Shown here: positions 23,124-37,800 of the stretch, piece by piece | How the letters are laid out: each line of letters begins with the position of its first letter | How positions within the stretch are numbered: the stretch's first letter is position 1 | Assembly (NCBI GenBank): GCA_965287045.1 | Contig: OZ336880.1 | Location: 41,044,001 to 41,108,000 of the forward strand | Origin: Carcharhinus amblyrhynchos | Taxonomy: Eukaryota | Length of the DNA: 64,000 nt | Direction: 5' to 3' | The notes under the pieces: model-generated | Databases searched by the model: none | Seen by the model: the letters and a program-made list of their open reading frames with translations, nothing else | What the model was told of the DNA's origin: nothing | Translations under genes and position numbers: made by a program

Positions 23124-23711
23124 TACCACCAAATCTTGACTTAGGAGATTTCCCTGACCTAACATACATTGCCAAGGAGGGAAGTACTGCCCGTATAAAG
23201 ATTCCAATCAGTGGCAAACCTGTACCAAAAGTAACATGGAAGAAAGGTGAAGATGTGCTTCAGGAAACTGGAAGAATATCTGTGGAATCCACAGCAGTTA
23301 ATACAACTCTCACAGTGCGAGATTGTCAAAAGAGTGATGCTGGAAAATACACAATCAACTTGAAGAATGTTGGTGGCACTAAAGAAGGTGCACTGTACAT
23401 GAAAGTAGTTGGAAAGCCAGGAATACCAACTGCACCTTTCCGTTTTGATGAAGTAACAGCAGATGCAATCACTTTAATCTGGGCACCCCCTAAGGATGAT
23501 GGCGGTGCAGAAATCACTAACTATATTTTAGAAAAGCGAGATAACGTCACCAATAAATGGGTGACAAGCGCATCTGCTGTACAAAAAACTTCATTCAGAA
23601 TCACAAGGCTTCATGAAGGAAATGAGTATGCGTTTAGAGTCAGTGCTGAGAATAAATATGGAGTGGGAGAAGGTCTGAAATCTGACCCTGTGATAGCCAA
23701 GCACCCATTTG
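23124..23711 (+). CDS. TTN: Titin exon (~ex320, Ig A57 + FN3 A58)
   Basis: CAG acceptor, [11 protein letters not shown]...AKHPF, donor GTAAGC; 588 nt. Confidence 0.95.
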
Positions 23712-23804
23712 GTAAGCATCTTTTGCATTCTGCAATTAAACTTTAATTACAGTGCTACATTCAATTTGAAACTGAATGTTGTTTCTCTTTTTCCCTTCCT
23801 CAAG

Positions 23805-23909
23805 ACGTGCCTGATGCCCCTTTGCCACCAGAGATAGTTGCAGTTAGACATGACTCTGTCTCCCTGACTTGGAAGGATCCAAGGAGAACTGGTGGCTCAC
23901 CAATTACAG
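23805..23909 (+). CDS. TTN: Titin exon (~ex321, N-terminal part of FN3 A59)
   Basis: AAG acceptor after pyrimidine tract, [35 protein letters not shown], donor GTACAA; 105 nt; not shown in the ORF track. Confidence 0.92.
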
Positions 23910-23995
23910 GTACAAAATCAGATTTCTCGTTTTTGGCCAGTAGTTAAACTTATATAACTGCACTACATTTATTTGAAACTACTTTTTTGCACCAG

Positions 23996-24193
23996 GTTAT
24001 CACGTTGAATATAAAGAAAGAAACAGCCTCCTTTGGAAGAGAGCAAATAAGGCCGTACTGAAAATGAAGGATCTTAGAGTGCCAGGCTTGACAGAAGGTC
24101 TTGAATATGAATTTAGAGTTATGGCAATTAACTTGGCTGGTGTGGGCAAACCTAGTGGACCATCACATCCTGTTACTACACTTGATCCAATTG
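23996..24193 (+). CDS. TTN: Titin exon (~ex322, C-terminal part of FN3 A59)
   Basis: CAG acceptor, [14 protein letters not shown]...LDPI, donor GTACGA; 198 nt. Confidence 0.93.
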
Positions 24194-24287
24194 GTACGAG
24201 AAATCCATTGCAAAGTTTCTCATTTCTTATTGTTGTGCATTATAAATGACAAAATCAGTGCCTGACATAAAATGCTTTTCTTTTCAG

Positions 24288-24584
24288 ATCCCCCTGGAAA
24301 ACCTGAAGTCATTAATGTTACCCGAACATCTGTGACCCTAATCTGGACTGAGCCCAAGTACGATGGTGGTCACAAATTAACTGGCTACATTGTTGAGAAA
24401 CGTGATCTGCCTTCAAAGATATGGATGAAAGCAAATCATATAAACGTTCAAGAATGTGCTTTCACTGTTACTGATCTTACTGAGGGCTGTAAATATGAAT
24501 TCCGTATAAGGGCAAAGAATGCAGCAGGAGCAATTAGTCCACCATCTGAAACTACAGGAACCATTATCTGCCAGGATGAATATG
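24288..24584 (+). CDS. TTN: Titin exon (~ex323, FN3 A60)
   Basis: CAG acceptor, DPPGKPEV...CQDEY, donor GTGTGT; 297 nt. Confidence 0.94.
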
Positions 24585-24684
24585 GTGTGTAATTTTCTTT
24601 TGTTTAACCACATGATAAAAATAAAAAAGAGGAAAAAAAACACATTTAGTAATACTAATTCACTTCTTTCTTTTATACCCACAG

Positions 24685-25272
24685 TGGCACCAACAATAAT
24701 AATTGATCCAACTGTCAAAGAAGGCTTAACAGTTAGAGCTGGTGATACTATTGTAATTACTGCTACTAGTATTCTTGGCAAACCTCCACCAACATCAGTA
24801 TGGTCTAAAGGTGGAAAGGACTTCAAAGTCTCTGAGATTGTTCAAATTGATCAAACTCCAACTTCCTCAACACTGTCTGTTAAATATGCTACGAGGAAAG
24901 ATTCTGGTGAATACACAATCACTGCCAGCAATCCATTCGGCACCAAAGAGGAAAATGTGCGTGTGAAAGTGTTGGATGTCCCTGGTCCTCCAGGACCTAT
25001 TGAAATAAGCAATGTTTCATCTGAGAAGGTCACACTTAATTGGTTACCACCAATAGAAGATGGAGGTTCTCCAGTTAAATCTTACACAATTGAAAAGAGA
25101 GAAACTAGTCGCCTTCTCTGGACTTTAGTTGCCGAAGATGTTCCAACCTGCAGATATGTTGCAAGCAAACTTATACAGGGAAATGAATATATCTTCCGTG
25201 TCTCTGCCGTAAATCAATATGGGACCGGTGATCCAGTGCAGGCAGAACCAGTTAAGATGGTGGATAGTTTTG
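24685..25272 (+). CDS. TTN: Titin exon (~ex324, Ig A61 + FN3 A62)
   Basis: CAG acceptor, VAPTIIIDP...MVDSF, donor GTAATC; 588 nt. Confidence 0.95.
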
Positions 25273-25396
25273 GTAATCACAGTCTTTTTTTTAAATACTA
25301 ATTAAAATAATAATTTAATAATGATTTAAAATGATATTACTTTTGCGCATTGGTCTGATAGAAATATAAACTTAATTTATGCTATCCCTCTTTCAG

Positions 25397-25699
25397 GTCC
25401 TCCTGGCCCACCTACAAAGCCTGAGATTACCAATGTTACCAAAAATACAGTTACTATTGGCTGGAAGAGGCCAGCCAATGATGGTGGTAGTGAAATCACA
25501 GGATACATTGTGGAACGTAAAGAAAGGAAAGGCCTTAGGTGGATTAGAGCAACGAAGAAACCCATATCAGATCTCCGACATAAAGTAACAGGACTCAATG
25601 AAGGAACTGAATATGAATTCCGTGTCAGTGCAGAAAACAAGGCAGGCATTGGACCACCAAGTGATCCATCACTACCAGTACTAACAAAAGATGTAGCAT
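25397..25699 (+). CDS. TTN: Titin exon (~ex325, FN3 A63)
   Basis: CAG acceptor, GPPGPPTKP...TKDVA, donor GTAAGT; 303 nt. Confidence 0.95.
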
Positions 25700-25813
25700 G
25701 TAAGTATTAACATTGCACTACACCTTTCTTATTTTTGTGTTGGGTACATTGTCCTGTGAAAATAGACATACTTACTTGTATGTAATTGTATCATTTTCTT
25801 CCAATTTTTACAG

Positions 25814-28800
25814 ATGTACCTGGACCACCTTCGAACCCAAGAGTGGTTGATACAACGAAGACTACTGCTAGCTTGACTTGGGGAAAGCCCCACTATGATG
25901 GTGGCCTTGATATTATTGGCTATATTGTCGAACACAAGAAAGAAGGAGATGAGAACTGGGTAAAAGACACAACAGGCACCGCACTCAGAATAACTGAATT
26001 TGTTGTCGCTAATCTTCAGTCAGGAGAAAAATACCGCTTCAGAATTAGTGCTGTCAATGCAGAAGGAGTTGGTGAGCCTGCACAAGTTGAAGATGTTATT
26101 GAAATTAAGGAACGTGAAGCAGCACCTGATTTTGAATTAGATGCTGAACTGAGAAGAACTCTTGTTGTCAGAGCTGGAGTGACCATTCGCATTTTTGTAC
26201 CAATCAAGGGACGTCCAACTCCTGATGTCACATGGTTCAAAGGAGACATCCCTGTTAAGGGTCGTGCAACTGTAGAAAACACAGATTCATACACATTCCT
26301 GCTTATCCCAGATTGCACAAGATATGATGCTGGAAAGTACACAATGTGCCTTGAAAATGTTGCTGGTAAAAAGAGTGGCTTTGTAAATGTGAGAGTCTTG
26401 GATTCACCAGGTCCACCCATAAATCTCAGAGCCAGAGAAGTAACAAAAGACAGCGTTACAATACAGTGGGATATGCCAATGATTGATGGTGGCTCACGGA
26501 TAACCAATTACATTATAGAAAAACGAGAATCAACTCGGAAGGCATACTCTACTGTCACAACCAATTGCCAGAAATGTTCACTCAGAGTTGTCAATTTGGC
26601 AGAAGGATGTGAGTACTTCTTCAGGGTAATGGCAGAGAATGAATATGGCATAGGTGAGCCAGCTGAGACTGCAGATCCTATAAGAGCATCTGAAGCCCCA
26701 TCACCTCCAGAACGTCTGCACATTATGGATATAACAAAGCATACTGTTAGCCTAGCTTGGCCAAAACCAGAACATGATGGTGGTAGCAAGATTACAGGAT
26801 ATGTGCTTGAGGCACAGAAGAAAGATTCTGAAAAATGGGTATCTTTGGCAACTGTAAAGACACTGGATTATATTGCAAAGAATCTTACTGAAAATGAAGA
26901 ATACACATTCCGAGTAATGGCAGTAAACGCTGCTGGGAGAAGTGATCCACGAGAAAGCAGACCAGTTATTGTTAAGGAACAAACAACGCTTCCAGAATTT
27001 GACCTACGTGGCGTATACCAGAAACTTGTGATTGCAAAGGCAGGTGATAATATCAAAGTTGATATCCCTGTCCTTGGTCGACCAAAACCAACAGTCACCT
27101 GGAAGAAGGATAACCAGCCTTTGAAGCAGACGCAGAGGATAAATATTGAAAATACAGCAAACTCCACCATACTTAACATCATGGAATGCGTACGAAATGA
27201 CAGTGGCAAGTTTACATTAACAGCTAAAAATATACTTGGTGAAGTAAGTGATATCATCACAGTTCAGGTTCATGACATTCCTGGACCCCCAAAAGGGCCA
27301 ATTAAATTTGATGAAGTTTCATCTGATTATGTATTGCTGTCATGGGAACCTCCAGAAAATGATGGAGGAGTGCCAATAAACAATTACGTTGTAGAAATGC
27401 GTGAGACCAACAGTACCACATGGCTAGAACTAGCAGCTACTGTAATACGTACAACATTTAAAGCTCCTCACCTTACCACTGGAACTGAATATCAATTCCG
27501 AATTAAGGCTCAAAACAGATATGGTACAGGTCCTGCAATCTCTTCAGAGGCTGTTGTTGCAGCATATCCATTTAAGGTGCCTGGACCTCCTGGGACTCCA
27601 CAAGTTATTGCCGTTAGTAAGGATTCAATGACTATCACCTGGAATGACCCTGTTTCTGATGGTGGTAGTCCTATTTTTGGATACCACATTGAAAGAAAGG
27701 AAAGAAATAGTATACTTTGGCAAACTGTAAGTAAGTCTTTGGTTGTAGGCACCACCTTTAAATCAGCTGGACTTACTGATGGCATTGCGTACGAATTCCG
27801 TGTTGTTGCTGAAAACATGGCTGGTAAAGGTAAACCAAGTAAACCATCAGAACCTGTATATGCATTGGACCCGATAGATCCTCCTGGTAAACCAGTTCCA
27901 CTTAACATTACTAGAAATTCTGTAACACTCACCTGGACAAAACCTGAATACGATGGAGGCTTTAAGATAACTGGTTACACAGTTGAAAAGAGGGATCTGC
28001 CTGATGGCCGCTGGCTTAAGGCAAACTTCAGCAATGTGATCGAGACTTTCTTTACTGTTAGTGGTCTTAATGAAGGTGACACATATGAGTTCCGCGTAGT
28101 AGCTCGTAATGCTGCTGGCTCAGTAAGCAAACCATCTGAGCCTACTGATGCCATTATATGCAAAGATGATATTGAAGAACCTAGAATAATGGTTGATGCT
28201 AAGTTCAAGAGCATTTTACTATTGAAAGCTGGTGAAACGTTCAAACTTGAAGCAGATGTTAGAGGGCAACCTCCACCAACAATGGTTTGGACTAAAGAAG
28301 GCATTGAACTTGAAGAAACAGGGAAACTAGAAGTAAAGATGACAGATTTCTCCACTGTTCTAACACACAAAGAGAGCATAAGAAGAGATGGTGGTGCTTA
28401 CACACTTACTGCATCCAATCCTGGAGGAACAGCGAAGCATGTTTTTAACGTCAAGATTTTGGATAGACCTGGGCCTCCTGAAGGACCAATAGTAATTTCA
28501 GATGTCACAGCAGAAAAATGTGTGATATCATGGTTGCCTCCACCAGATGATGGCGGTGCCAAGATTGAACACTATGTCGTTGAAAAACGTGAAACCAGTC
28601 GGCTTGCATGGACTAATGTGGCCACAGATGTCCAAATAACCAAATTAAAGATACCCAAACTTCTGAAAGGAAATGAATACATTTTCCGTGTAATGGCAGT
28701 AAACAAATACGGAGTTGGTGAACCTTTAGAATCAGATCCCGTTGTTGCTGCTAATCCATTTGTACCACCTAGCCCACCAAAGAATCCTGAAGTTACAGCA

Positions 28801-31800
28801 ATCACAAAAGATTCAATGGTGGTTTGTTGGGGACATCCTGATTCTGATGGTGGAAGTGAAATTACTAACTACATTATTGAGAGGCGTGACAAGACAGGAA
28901 TGCGCTGGGTTAAATGCAATAAAAGAACTGTAACTGATCTACGATACAAAGTTGGTAAGCTCACAGAAGGACATGAATATGAATACAGAATCATGGCTGA
29001 AAATGCTGCTGGTGTAAGTCAACCCAGCTCTTCCAGCCCATTATACAAAGCACTTGACACTGTATTCAAACCTGGACCACCAGGTAACCCAAGAGTGCTA
29101 GATACCAGCAGATCTTCAATCACTATTGCATGGAATAAACCTATCTATGATGGTGGTTCAGAAATTACAGGTTACTTGGTTGAAACAAGTCTCCCTGAAG
29201 AAGATGAATGGACAGTTGTAACACCACAGAGTGGACTTAAGGCGACTTCATTCACAATCACTAATCTGAAAGAAAACCAAGAGTACAAAGTTCGCATATA
29301 TGCTGTAAATTCTGAAGGCATTGGAGAGCCTGCACAAATTCCTGGAACTGCTAAAGCTGAAGAAAGGTTATTGCCTCCCGAAATTGAGCTTGATGCAGAC
29401 TTGCGTAAAGTGGTAACTATAAGAGCTTGCTGTACCTTGAGATTATTTGTTACAATTAGAGGAAGACCAACGCCTGAGATTAAATGGGCAAGGGAAGATG
29501 GGGAGCCCCTAGATAGAGCTTCAATTGAAAATACAAGCTCATATTCCCTCTTAATCATTTCAAATGTAAATAGATTTGATAGTGGCAAATATGTCTTAAC
29601 AGTAGAAAATAGTAGCGGTAGCAAATCTGCTTTTGTCAGTGTTAGAGTTCTGGATACTCCAGGAGCACCACAGAACCTTAAAATTAAGGAAGTTTCCAAA
29701 GACTCTGTTACAATTAATTGGGAGCCTCCAATCATTGATGGTGGTTCAAAGATTAAGAATTACATCGTGGAGAAAAGAGAATCAACACGGAAAGCTTACT
29801 CTACAGTGATTGCCAATTGTCATAAGACAAGCTGGAAGGTGGATCACTTGCAAGAAGGCTGCAACTATTATTTCCGTGTTTTAGCTGAAAATGAATATGG
29901 AATAGGTCTTCCTGTTGAGACACCTGATTCAGTTAAAGTATCAGAGAGGCCACTACCACCTGGCAAAGTAACTCTTGTAGATGTGACAAGAAACAGTGCA
30001 GTTTTGTCATGGGAGAAACCAGAGCACGATGGAGGCAGTAGAATTTTAGGATATATCGTGGAAATGCAAAGTAAGGGCAGTGAAAAGTGGACAACGTGTA
30101 CTACAGTGAAAATAACTGAAGCCACCATAACAGGATTGACACAAGGTGAAGAGTATATGTTCCGAGTGTCAGCACAAAATGAAAAAGGTGTCAGTGATCC
30201 CCGACAACTGGGCGTTCCTGTTATTGCAAAGGACCTTGTGATTGTTCCTACTTTAAAGCTTCTGTTTACCACATTCAGTGTACTAGCAGGAGAAGACCTA
30301 AAAGTTGATGTACCATTTATTGCGTGCCCTAAACCAACTATATCTTGGATGAAAGATGGTCAGCCATTAAAACAAACGACAAGGATTAATGCTGAGAGCA
30401 AAGACAGTAAAGCAGTTTTGGTGATTAAGGAGGCCTGTCGTGAAGATGTTGGCCAGTATAACGTAAAACTTACAAATACTGCTGGGGAAGTATCTGAAAA
30501 TCTTAGCATTGTTGTGTTAGACAAGCCTGGGCCTCCAACTGGACCAGTCAAAATTGAAGAGGTTACTGCAGACAATATTGTCATATCATGGCAACCACCA
30601 GAATATGATGGGGGCTGTCAAATCAATAATTACATCGTTGAGAAAAGAGATACTTCAACCACTGCTTGGCAGATTGTTTCTGCTACTGTTGCCCGAACAA
30701 CTATCAAAGCTGTACGTTTAAAGACTGGTACCGAATATCAATTCAGGATTGCAGCTGAGAATCGATATGGAAAGAGCAGTTATCTTGTTTCTGAATCAGT
30801 TGTGGCACAATACCCTTACAAGGCCCCTGGTCCACCTGGTACCCCTTTCATAACAAGTGTTACAAAGGATAGCATGGTGGTGCAATGGAATGAACCTGTC
30901 AATGATGGTGGCAGTAGGATCCTGGGTTACCATCTTGAACGTAAAGAAAGAAACAGCATTTTGTGGGTCAAGCTGAACAAGACAATTATTACTGACACAA
31001 AATTAAAGACCACGAATCTTGAGGAGGGCATTGAATATGAATATAGAGTCTATGCTGAGAATATTGTTGGCATTGGCAAACCTAGCAAAGTATCTGAATG
31101 TGTAGCAGCTAGAGATCCTTGTGATCCACCAGGTCGTCCTGAAGCTATAATCGTCACTAGAAATTCAGTGACACTGCAGTGGACCAAGCCTGAATATGAT
31201 GGAGGCAGCAAAATCACTGGCTACATTGTTGAAAAGAAAGAACTTCCTGATGGCCGTTGGATGAAAGCCAGCTTTACTAATGTCATTGATACTCAGTTTG
31301 CTGTCACTGGCTTGGTAGAAGACCAGAGATACGAATTCAGGGTAATTGCTAGAAATGCAGCTGGTGTATTCAGTGAACCATCTGAATCCACTGGTCCAAT
31401 TACTGTTAGAGATGAGGTAGAACCACCTCGAATAAGCATGGATCCGCAATATAAGGAAGGTATTGTAGTACATGCAGGTGAATTATTTAAACTTGAAGCT
31501 GATGTTCATGGAAAACCAATACCTGAAATCCAGTGGATGAAAGGAGACCGAGAACTTGAAAACACAGCTAGGCTTGAAATGAAAAATACGGATTTTAACA
31601 CAATTTTGACCGTCAAGGAAACAATTCGTGTTGATAGTGGCCACTATACCCTTTTGGTAAAGAATGTAGCTGGTCAAAAGTCTGTTACTGTTAATGTGAA
31701 GGTACTAGACAGACCAGGACCACCTGAAGCACCAATTGTTATAACTGGGGTAGGTGCTGAAAAATGTACATTAACTTGGAAGCCACCAAAACAAGATGGC

Positions 31801-34800
31801 GGTAGTGATGTTTCACATTACATTGTTGAAAGAAGAGAAACTAGTCGTTTGGTCTGGACACTAGTTGAGTCCAATGTGCAGACGACAAGTTGCAAAGTTA
31901 CCAAGCTTCTGGAAGGAAATGAGTATATCTTCCGTGTTATGGGTGTGAACAAATATGGTGTAGGCGAGGCACTTGAATCTGATCCAGTAATAGCAAAGAA
32001 TCCATTTGTACGCCCAGATCCACCAAAGGCACCTGAGGTCACTACTATCACAAAGGATTCCATGATAGTTGTATGGGGAAGACCTGCATCTGATGGTGGC
32101 AGTGAAATTCAGGGTTACATTTTGGAAAAACGAGACAAGGAAGGTATCAGGTGGACAAGGTGTAACAAACGCCTAGTCAGTGAATTACGTTTCAGGGTAA
32201 CTGGACTTGTAGAAAACCATAATTATGAATTCAGGGTATCTGCTGAAAATGCTGCTGGTATCAGTGAACCAAGTCCATGCTCCATTTTCTACCAGGCAAA
32301 TGACCCCATCTACAAACCTGGACCACCCAACAATCCTAAAGTAACCGATTTTACAAGATCATCTGTCTTCCTTTCATGGGGTAAACCCATTTATGATGGC
32401 GGATGTGAAATCCAAGGATATCTTGTGGAGATGTGTGATATAAGTACCGACGAATGGACAATGTGCACAACAGCAAGTGGCATCAAGCAGACCCGATTTG
32501 AAGTGGATAAATTACAGGAAAAGCATGAATACAAGTTCCGTGTCTGTGCTGTTAATAAGGCAGGAGTTGGTGAACATGCTGACTTCCCTGACACTGTCCT
32601 TTTGGAGGATAAGTTAGAAGCTCCAGATCTTGATCTTGATGCTGATTTGAGGAAGGTTATTAATGTCAGAGCTAGTTGCTCTTTGAGATTATTTGTCCCT
32701 ATCAGAGGCCGTCCTACGCCAGAAGTGAAATGGACCAAGGCAGATGGTGAAATAAGAGACACTGCACAGATTGAAGTTTCCGACAGTTATACATTGCTTG
32801 TAATTGATAATGTTAATAGATATGACTCAGGCAAATACATATTAACTTTGGAAAACAGTAGCGGAACAAAATCTGCATTTGTTACTGTGAGAGTCCTTGA
32901 CACCCCAAGCCCACCAGTTAATCTCAAAGTAAGGGAAGTAACAAAGGATCATGTCACCTTATCCTGGGAATATCCTCTGTTGGATGGAGGTGCTAAAATT
33001 AAGAATTTCATTGTAGAAAAACGAGAATCTACAAGGAAAGCCTACTCAGCTGTTATCACAAACTGCCACAAGACCTCATTTAAGGTAGAACAACTTCAAG
33101 AAGGTTGCAATTATTATTTTAGGGTAACTGCCGAAAATGAGCATGGAATTGGATTACCTGCAGAAACTGCTGACCCAATTAAAGTATCTGAGGTGCCACA
33201 GCCTCCAGGAAAGATAAGCGTGGTTGATGTGACAAGAAAGACGGTTTCCCTTACCTGGGAGAAACCAGAACATGATGGTGGTAGCAAAATCATCCAGTAT
33301 ATTGTAGAAATGCAAAGTAAAGGCAGTGAAAAATGGTTGGCATGTGCACATGTGAAAACACTTGAGGCAGTAATCAATAACCTGGTACAAGGAGAGGAAT
33401 ATCTGTTTAGAGTCATGGCAGTGAATGAAAAGGGCAAGAGTGACCCAAGAGCCCTTGCTGTGCCTGTGATTGCTAAAGATCTTGTGATTGAACCAGATGT
33501 CAGACCAGCATTTAGTAGTTATAGTGTACAGGTAGGACACGACTTAAAAATAGAGATTCCTGTAGCTGGACGTCCTAAACCAAATATTACTTGGACAAAG
33601 GATGGACAGCCACTCAAGCAGACAACTCGAGTCAATGTTACTGATTCCGACAATGCTACAGTCCTAACCATCAAGGAAGCAGTTAGAGAAGATAATGGAT
33701 TGTATGGTATCACTGTGAGTAATGCTGTTGGACAAAAGACAGCAACTATTGAAATAATAGCACTTGATAAGCCTGGTCCACCAATTGGCCCAGTAAAATT
33801 TGATGCAGTTAGTGCTGAAAGTATCACAATTTCATGGGATCCACCAAGCTTTACCGGTGGCTGTCAGATAACTAACTACGCAGTTGAGAAGAGAGATACA
33901 ACTACTGTAAATTGGGAGATTGTTTCAGCTACAGTTGCCAGAACAAGTCTGAAGATAACCAAACTTAAAACTGGAACAGAATATCAGTTTAGGATATTTG
34001 CCGAAAATAGATATGGTAGAAGCTTCGCTCTGGATTCTGCAGCAATTATCGCACAGTATCCATTTAAAGAACCTGGGCCACCAGGTACACCATTTGTAGC
34101 AGCTGTTAGTAAGGACAGCATGGAAGTGCAGTGGCATGAACCAATTAATGATGGAGGTAGCAGAGTCTTGGGATACCATCTTGAGCGCAAAGAAAGAAAC
34201 AGCATTCTTTGGACAAAAATCAATAGAACTATTATACCGGATACCAGATTTAAGACGTCAGGACTTGAAGAAGGCATCGAATATGAATTCAAAGTGTATG
34301 CTGAAAATATCGTTGGTATTGGAAAACCCAGCAAAGTGTCTGAATGCTATTTTGCTCGTGATCCATGTGACCCTCCAGGTTGTCCAGAACCCATTATCGT
34401 ATCCAGGAACGCAATAACGCTTCAGTGGACAAAGCCGGAATATGATGGTGGCAGTGTTGTAACTGGATATATAGTAGAGAAGCGTGACTTACCTGAGGGC
34501 CGTTGGATGAAGGCAAGCTTTACAAATGTCATTGAGACTCAATTCACTGTAACTGGCCTCACTGAAGATGAAAAGTATGACTTCAGGGTTATTGCTAAGA
34601 ATGCTGCAGGTACAATTAGCAAACCATCTGACAACACTGGACCAATCGTTGCAAAGGATGAAGTTGAACCACCTAGAATAGCTATGGATCCAAAATACAG
34701 AGACACAATAGTGGTTAATGCTGGTGATACGTTTAAGTTAGATGCTGACGTCCATGGCAAACCACTACCCATTATCCAGTGGTTCAAAGGTGATAAAGAA

Positions 34801-37800
34801 GTTGAAGAATCAGCAAGACTTGAGATTAAAAATACAGATTTCAAAGCTTTGATCCTGGTTAAGGATGCGATTAGAGTGGATGGTGGACAGTATGTTCTTC
34901 AAGCTTCTAATGTGGCTGGTACAAAATCTGTTCCTATCAATGTAAAAGTCTTGGACAGATCAGGACCTCCAGAAGGTCCAGTCCAAGTTACTGGTGTCAC
35001 TGCTGAAAAATGTTCATTATCTTGGGGCCCACCACAACACGATGGAGGAAGTGCTATTTCGCACTATATAATTGAGAAAAGAGAAACTAGTCGCCTTGCT
35101 TGGACTGTTGTGGTCGCAGAATGTCAAGCTACTATGCATAAAGTTACCAAGCTTCTAGAAGGTAATGAATATATCTTCCGCATAATGGCTGTCAACAAGT
35201 TTGGTGTTGGTGAACCTTTGGAATCGGCACCAGTACTAATGAAGAGTCCATTTGTACCTCCTGGTGCACCAAAATCCTTGGAAGTAACCAATATTGCAAA
35301 AGACTCAATGACTATCTGCTGGAATAGACCAGATACTGATGGTGGTAGTGAAATTATAGGTTATATTGTAGAGAAGAGGGACAGGACTGGAATCAGATGG
35401 ACAAAATGCAACAAGCATAGAATAACAGATTTGCGCTTCAGAATCACAGGACTCTCAGAAGACCATGAATATGAATTTAGGTTATCTGCTGAAAATGCTG
35501 CTGGGATTGGTGCACCAAGTCAACCAACAAATTTCTATAAAGCATGTGACCCAGTTTACAAACCTGGGCCACCAGCAAACCCACACGTTGTAGACACTAC
35601 AAAAAATTCTGTTGTGCTAATTTGGGGAAAACCAATTTATGATGGTGGCAGTGACATTCAAGGATACATAGTCGAAATCCGCAAAGCAGATGAGGAAGAC
35701 TGGACAATGTGCACACCACCAACTGGACTACAAGTCACCCGCTTTGAAATTGAGAAACTTACTGAGCATCAGGAATACAATGTTCGTGTTTGTGCTATCA
35801 ACAAGGTTGGAGTTGGTGAGCCAGCAACTGTAGCTGATATAGTTAAGCCAGAAGATAAACATGAAGCACCTGAAATAGAACTTGCAGCAGAGTTAAGAAA
35901 GGGAATCACAGTTAGAGCTGGCAATACTATCAGAATCTTTACACCATTTAAAGGTAGGCCAGCTCCTGAGATCAGTTGGTCAAAGGACGAGGGAGAACTA
36001 TCTGATAAGTCTCAAGTAGAAAAGGGCCTAAATTATACTCAGGTAACAGTAGACAACTGTGATAGAAATGATGCGGGGAAATATATTCTCACGTTGGTGA
36101 ACAGCAGCGGTACTAAGTCCGCATTTGTTACAGTAAAAGTTTTTGACACACCTGGCGCTCCACAAAATTTAACTGTAAAGGATATAAGGAAAGATTCAGT
36201 TACACTAGTGTGGGAACCACCCATTATTGATGGAGGAGCAAAGATTAAAAACTATGTTATTGACAAGCGTGAATCAACCAGAAAAGCTTATGCTAATATA
36301 ACTGCTAAGTGTAACAAGTGCAGTTTCAAAGCAGAGAATCTTACTGAAGGAGCTATTTATTACTTCCGTGTGATGGCAGAGAATGAGTTTGGTATTGGTG
36401 TACCTGTTGAGACTATGGATGCTGTGAAAGCTTCTGAACCACCTTTACCACCAGGGAAAATCTCTCTTGTTGATGTCACCCAAAAGAGTGTATCTCTAAT
36501 TTGGGAGAAGCCTGAACATGATGGAGGTAGCAGAATAATGGGATACTTGGTAGAAATGCAGCCTAAAGGATCTGACAAATGGGGTGTCATTACCCAGTCC
36601 AAGACATGCGATGCAGTAGTTTCTGGTCTCAGTTCAGGACAGGAGTATCTCTTCCGTGTAATTGCTTTCAATGAGAAAGGAAAAAGTGATCCGAGACCCT
36701 TGGCTGTACCAGTGATAGCTAAAGATCAAAGTATTGCACCTGCTTTCAGACTCATGTTCAACACATTTAGTGTCCAGGCTGGGGAGAACCTAAAGATTGA
36801 AGTTCCATTTATTGGCTGTCCCAAACCTAACATTGTGTGGACAAAGGATGGACATTCACTAAAACAGACAACAAGAATCCATGTGGAGGATGCAGCAACA
36901 ACAACAACCCTCCTTATTAAAGAAAGTCATAGAGATGATCATGGAAAGTATTCCATAAGTGCCACAAACAATGCTGGGACTGTAACAGAAGACATTGGCA
37001 TCATCGTGCTCGATAAGCCAGGTCCTCCAGTTGGACCAGTACAATTTGATGAAGTTAGTGCTAATTTTGTTGTAATGTCATGGAATCCACCAGAATATAC
37101 TGGAGGTTGTCAAATTAACAACTATATTGTTGAAAAGCGAGACACAACTACCACCAATTGGCAGCTGGTGTCAGCAACTGTGGCAAGAACAACTATTAAA
37201 GTTACCAAACTTACCACAGGATCTGAGTATCAGTTCAAAATCTTTGCTGAAAATAGATATGGAAAGAGTTCGTCTTTAGATTCTGTAGCAGTCATTGCAC
37301 AGTACCCATACAAACAACCCGGTCCACCAGGCACTCCATTTGTGCCAGCTGCCACAAAGGACACCATGCTTGTACAATGGAATGAGCCAGTGATTGATGG
37401 TGGAAGTAAAATTTTGGGTTACCATCTTGAACGCAAAGAAAGGAACAGCATTCTTTGGACAAAACTGAACAAAACAATCATACAAGATACCCATTACAAG
37501 TGCAACAACCTAGAAGAAGGTATTGAATATGAGTTCAGAGTTTATGCAGAGAATATTGTAGGTACAGGTAAATCTAGCAAGGTTTCTGAATGTTATGTAG
37601 CCCGTGATCCTTGTGATCCTCCTGGCCGTCCTGATGCTGTTGTCATCACAAGAAATTATGTTACCCTACAGTGGAAGAAGCCTCAGTATGATGGTGGTAG
37701 CAAAATTACTGGATATGTGGTAGAAAAGAAAGAACTCCCTGATGGTCGCTGGATGAAAGCTAGTTTTACTAACGTAATTGACACTGAATTTACTGTCAGT

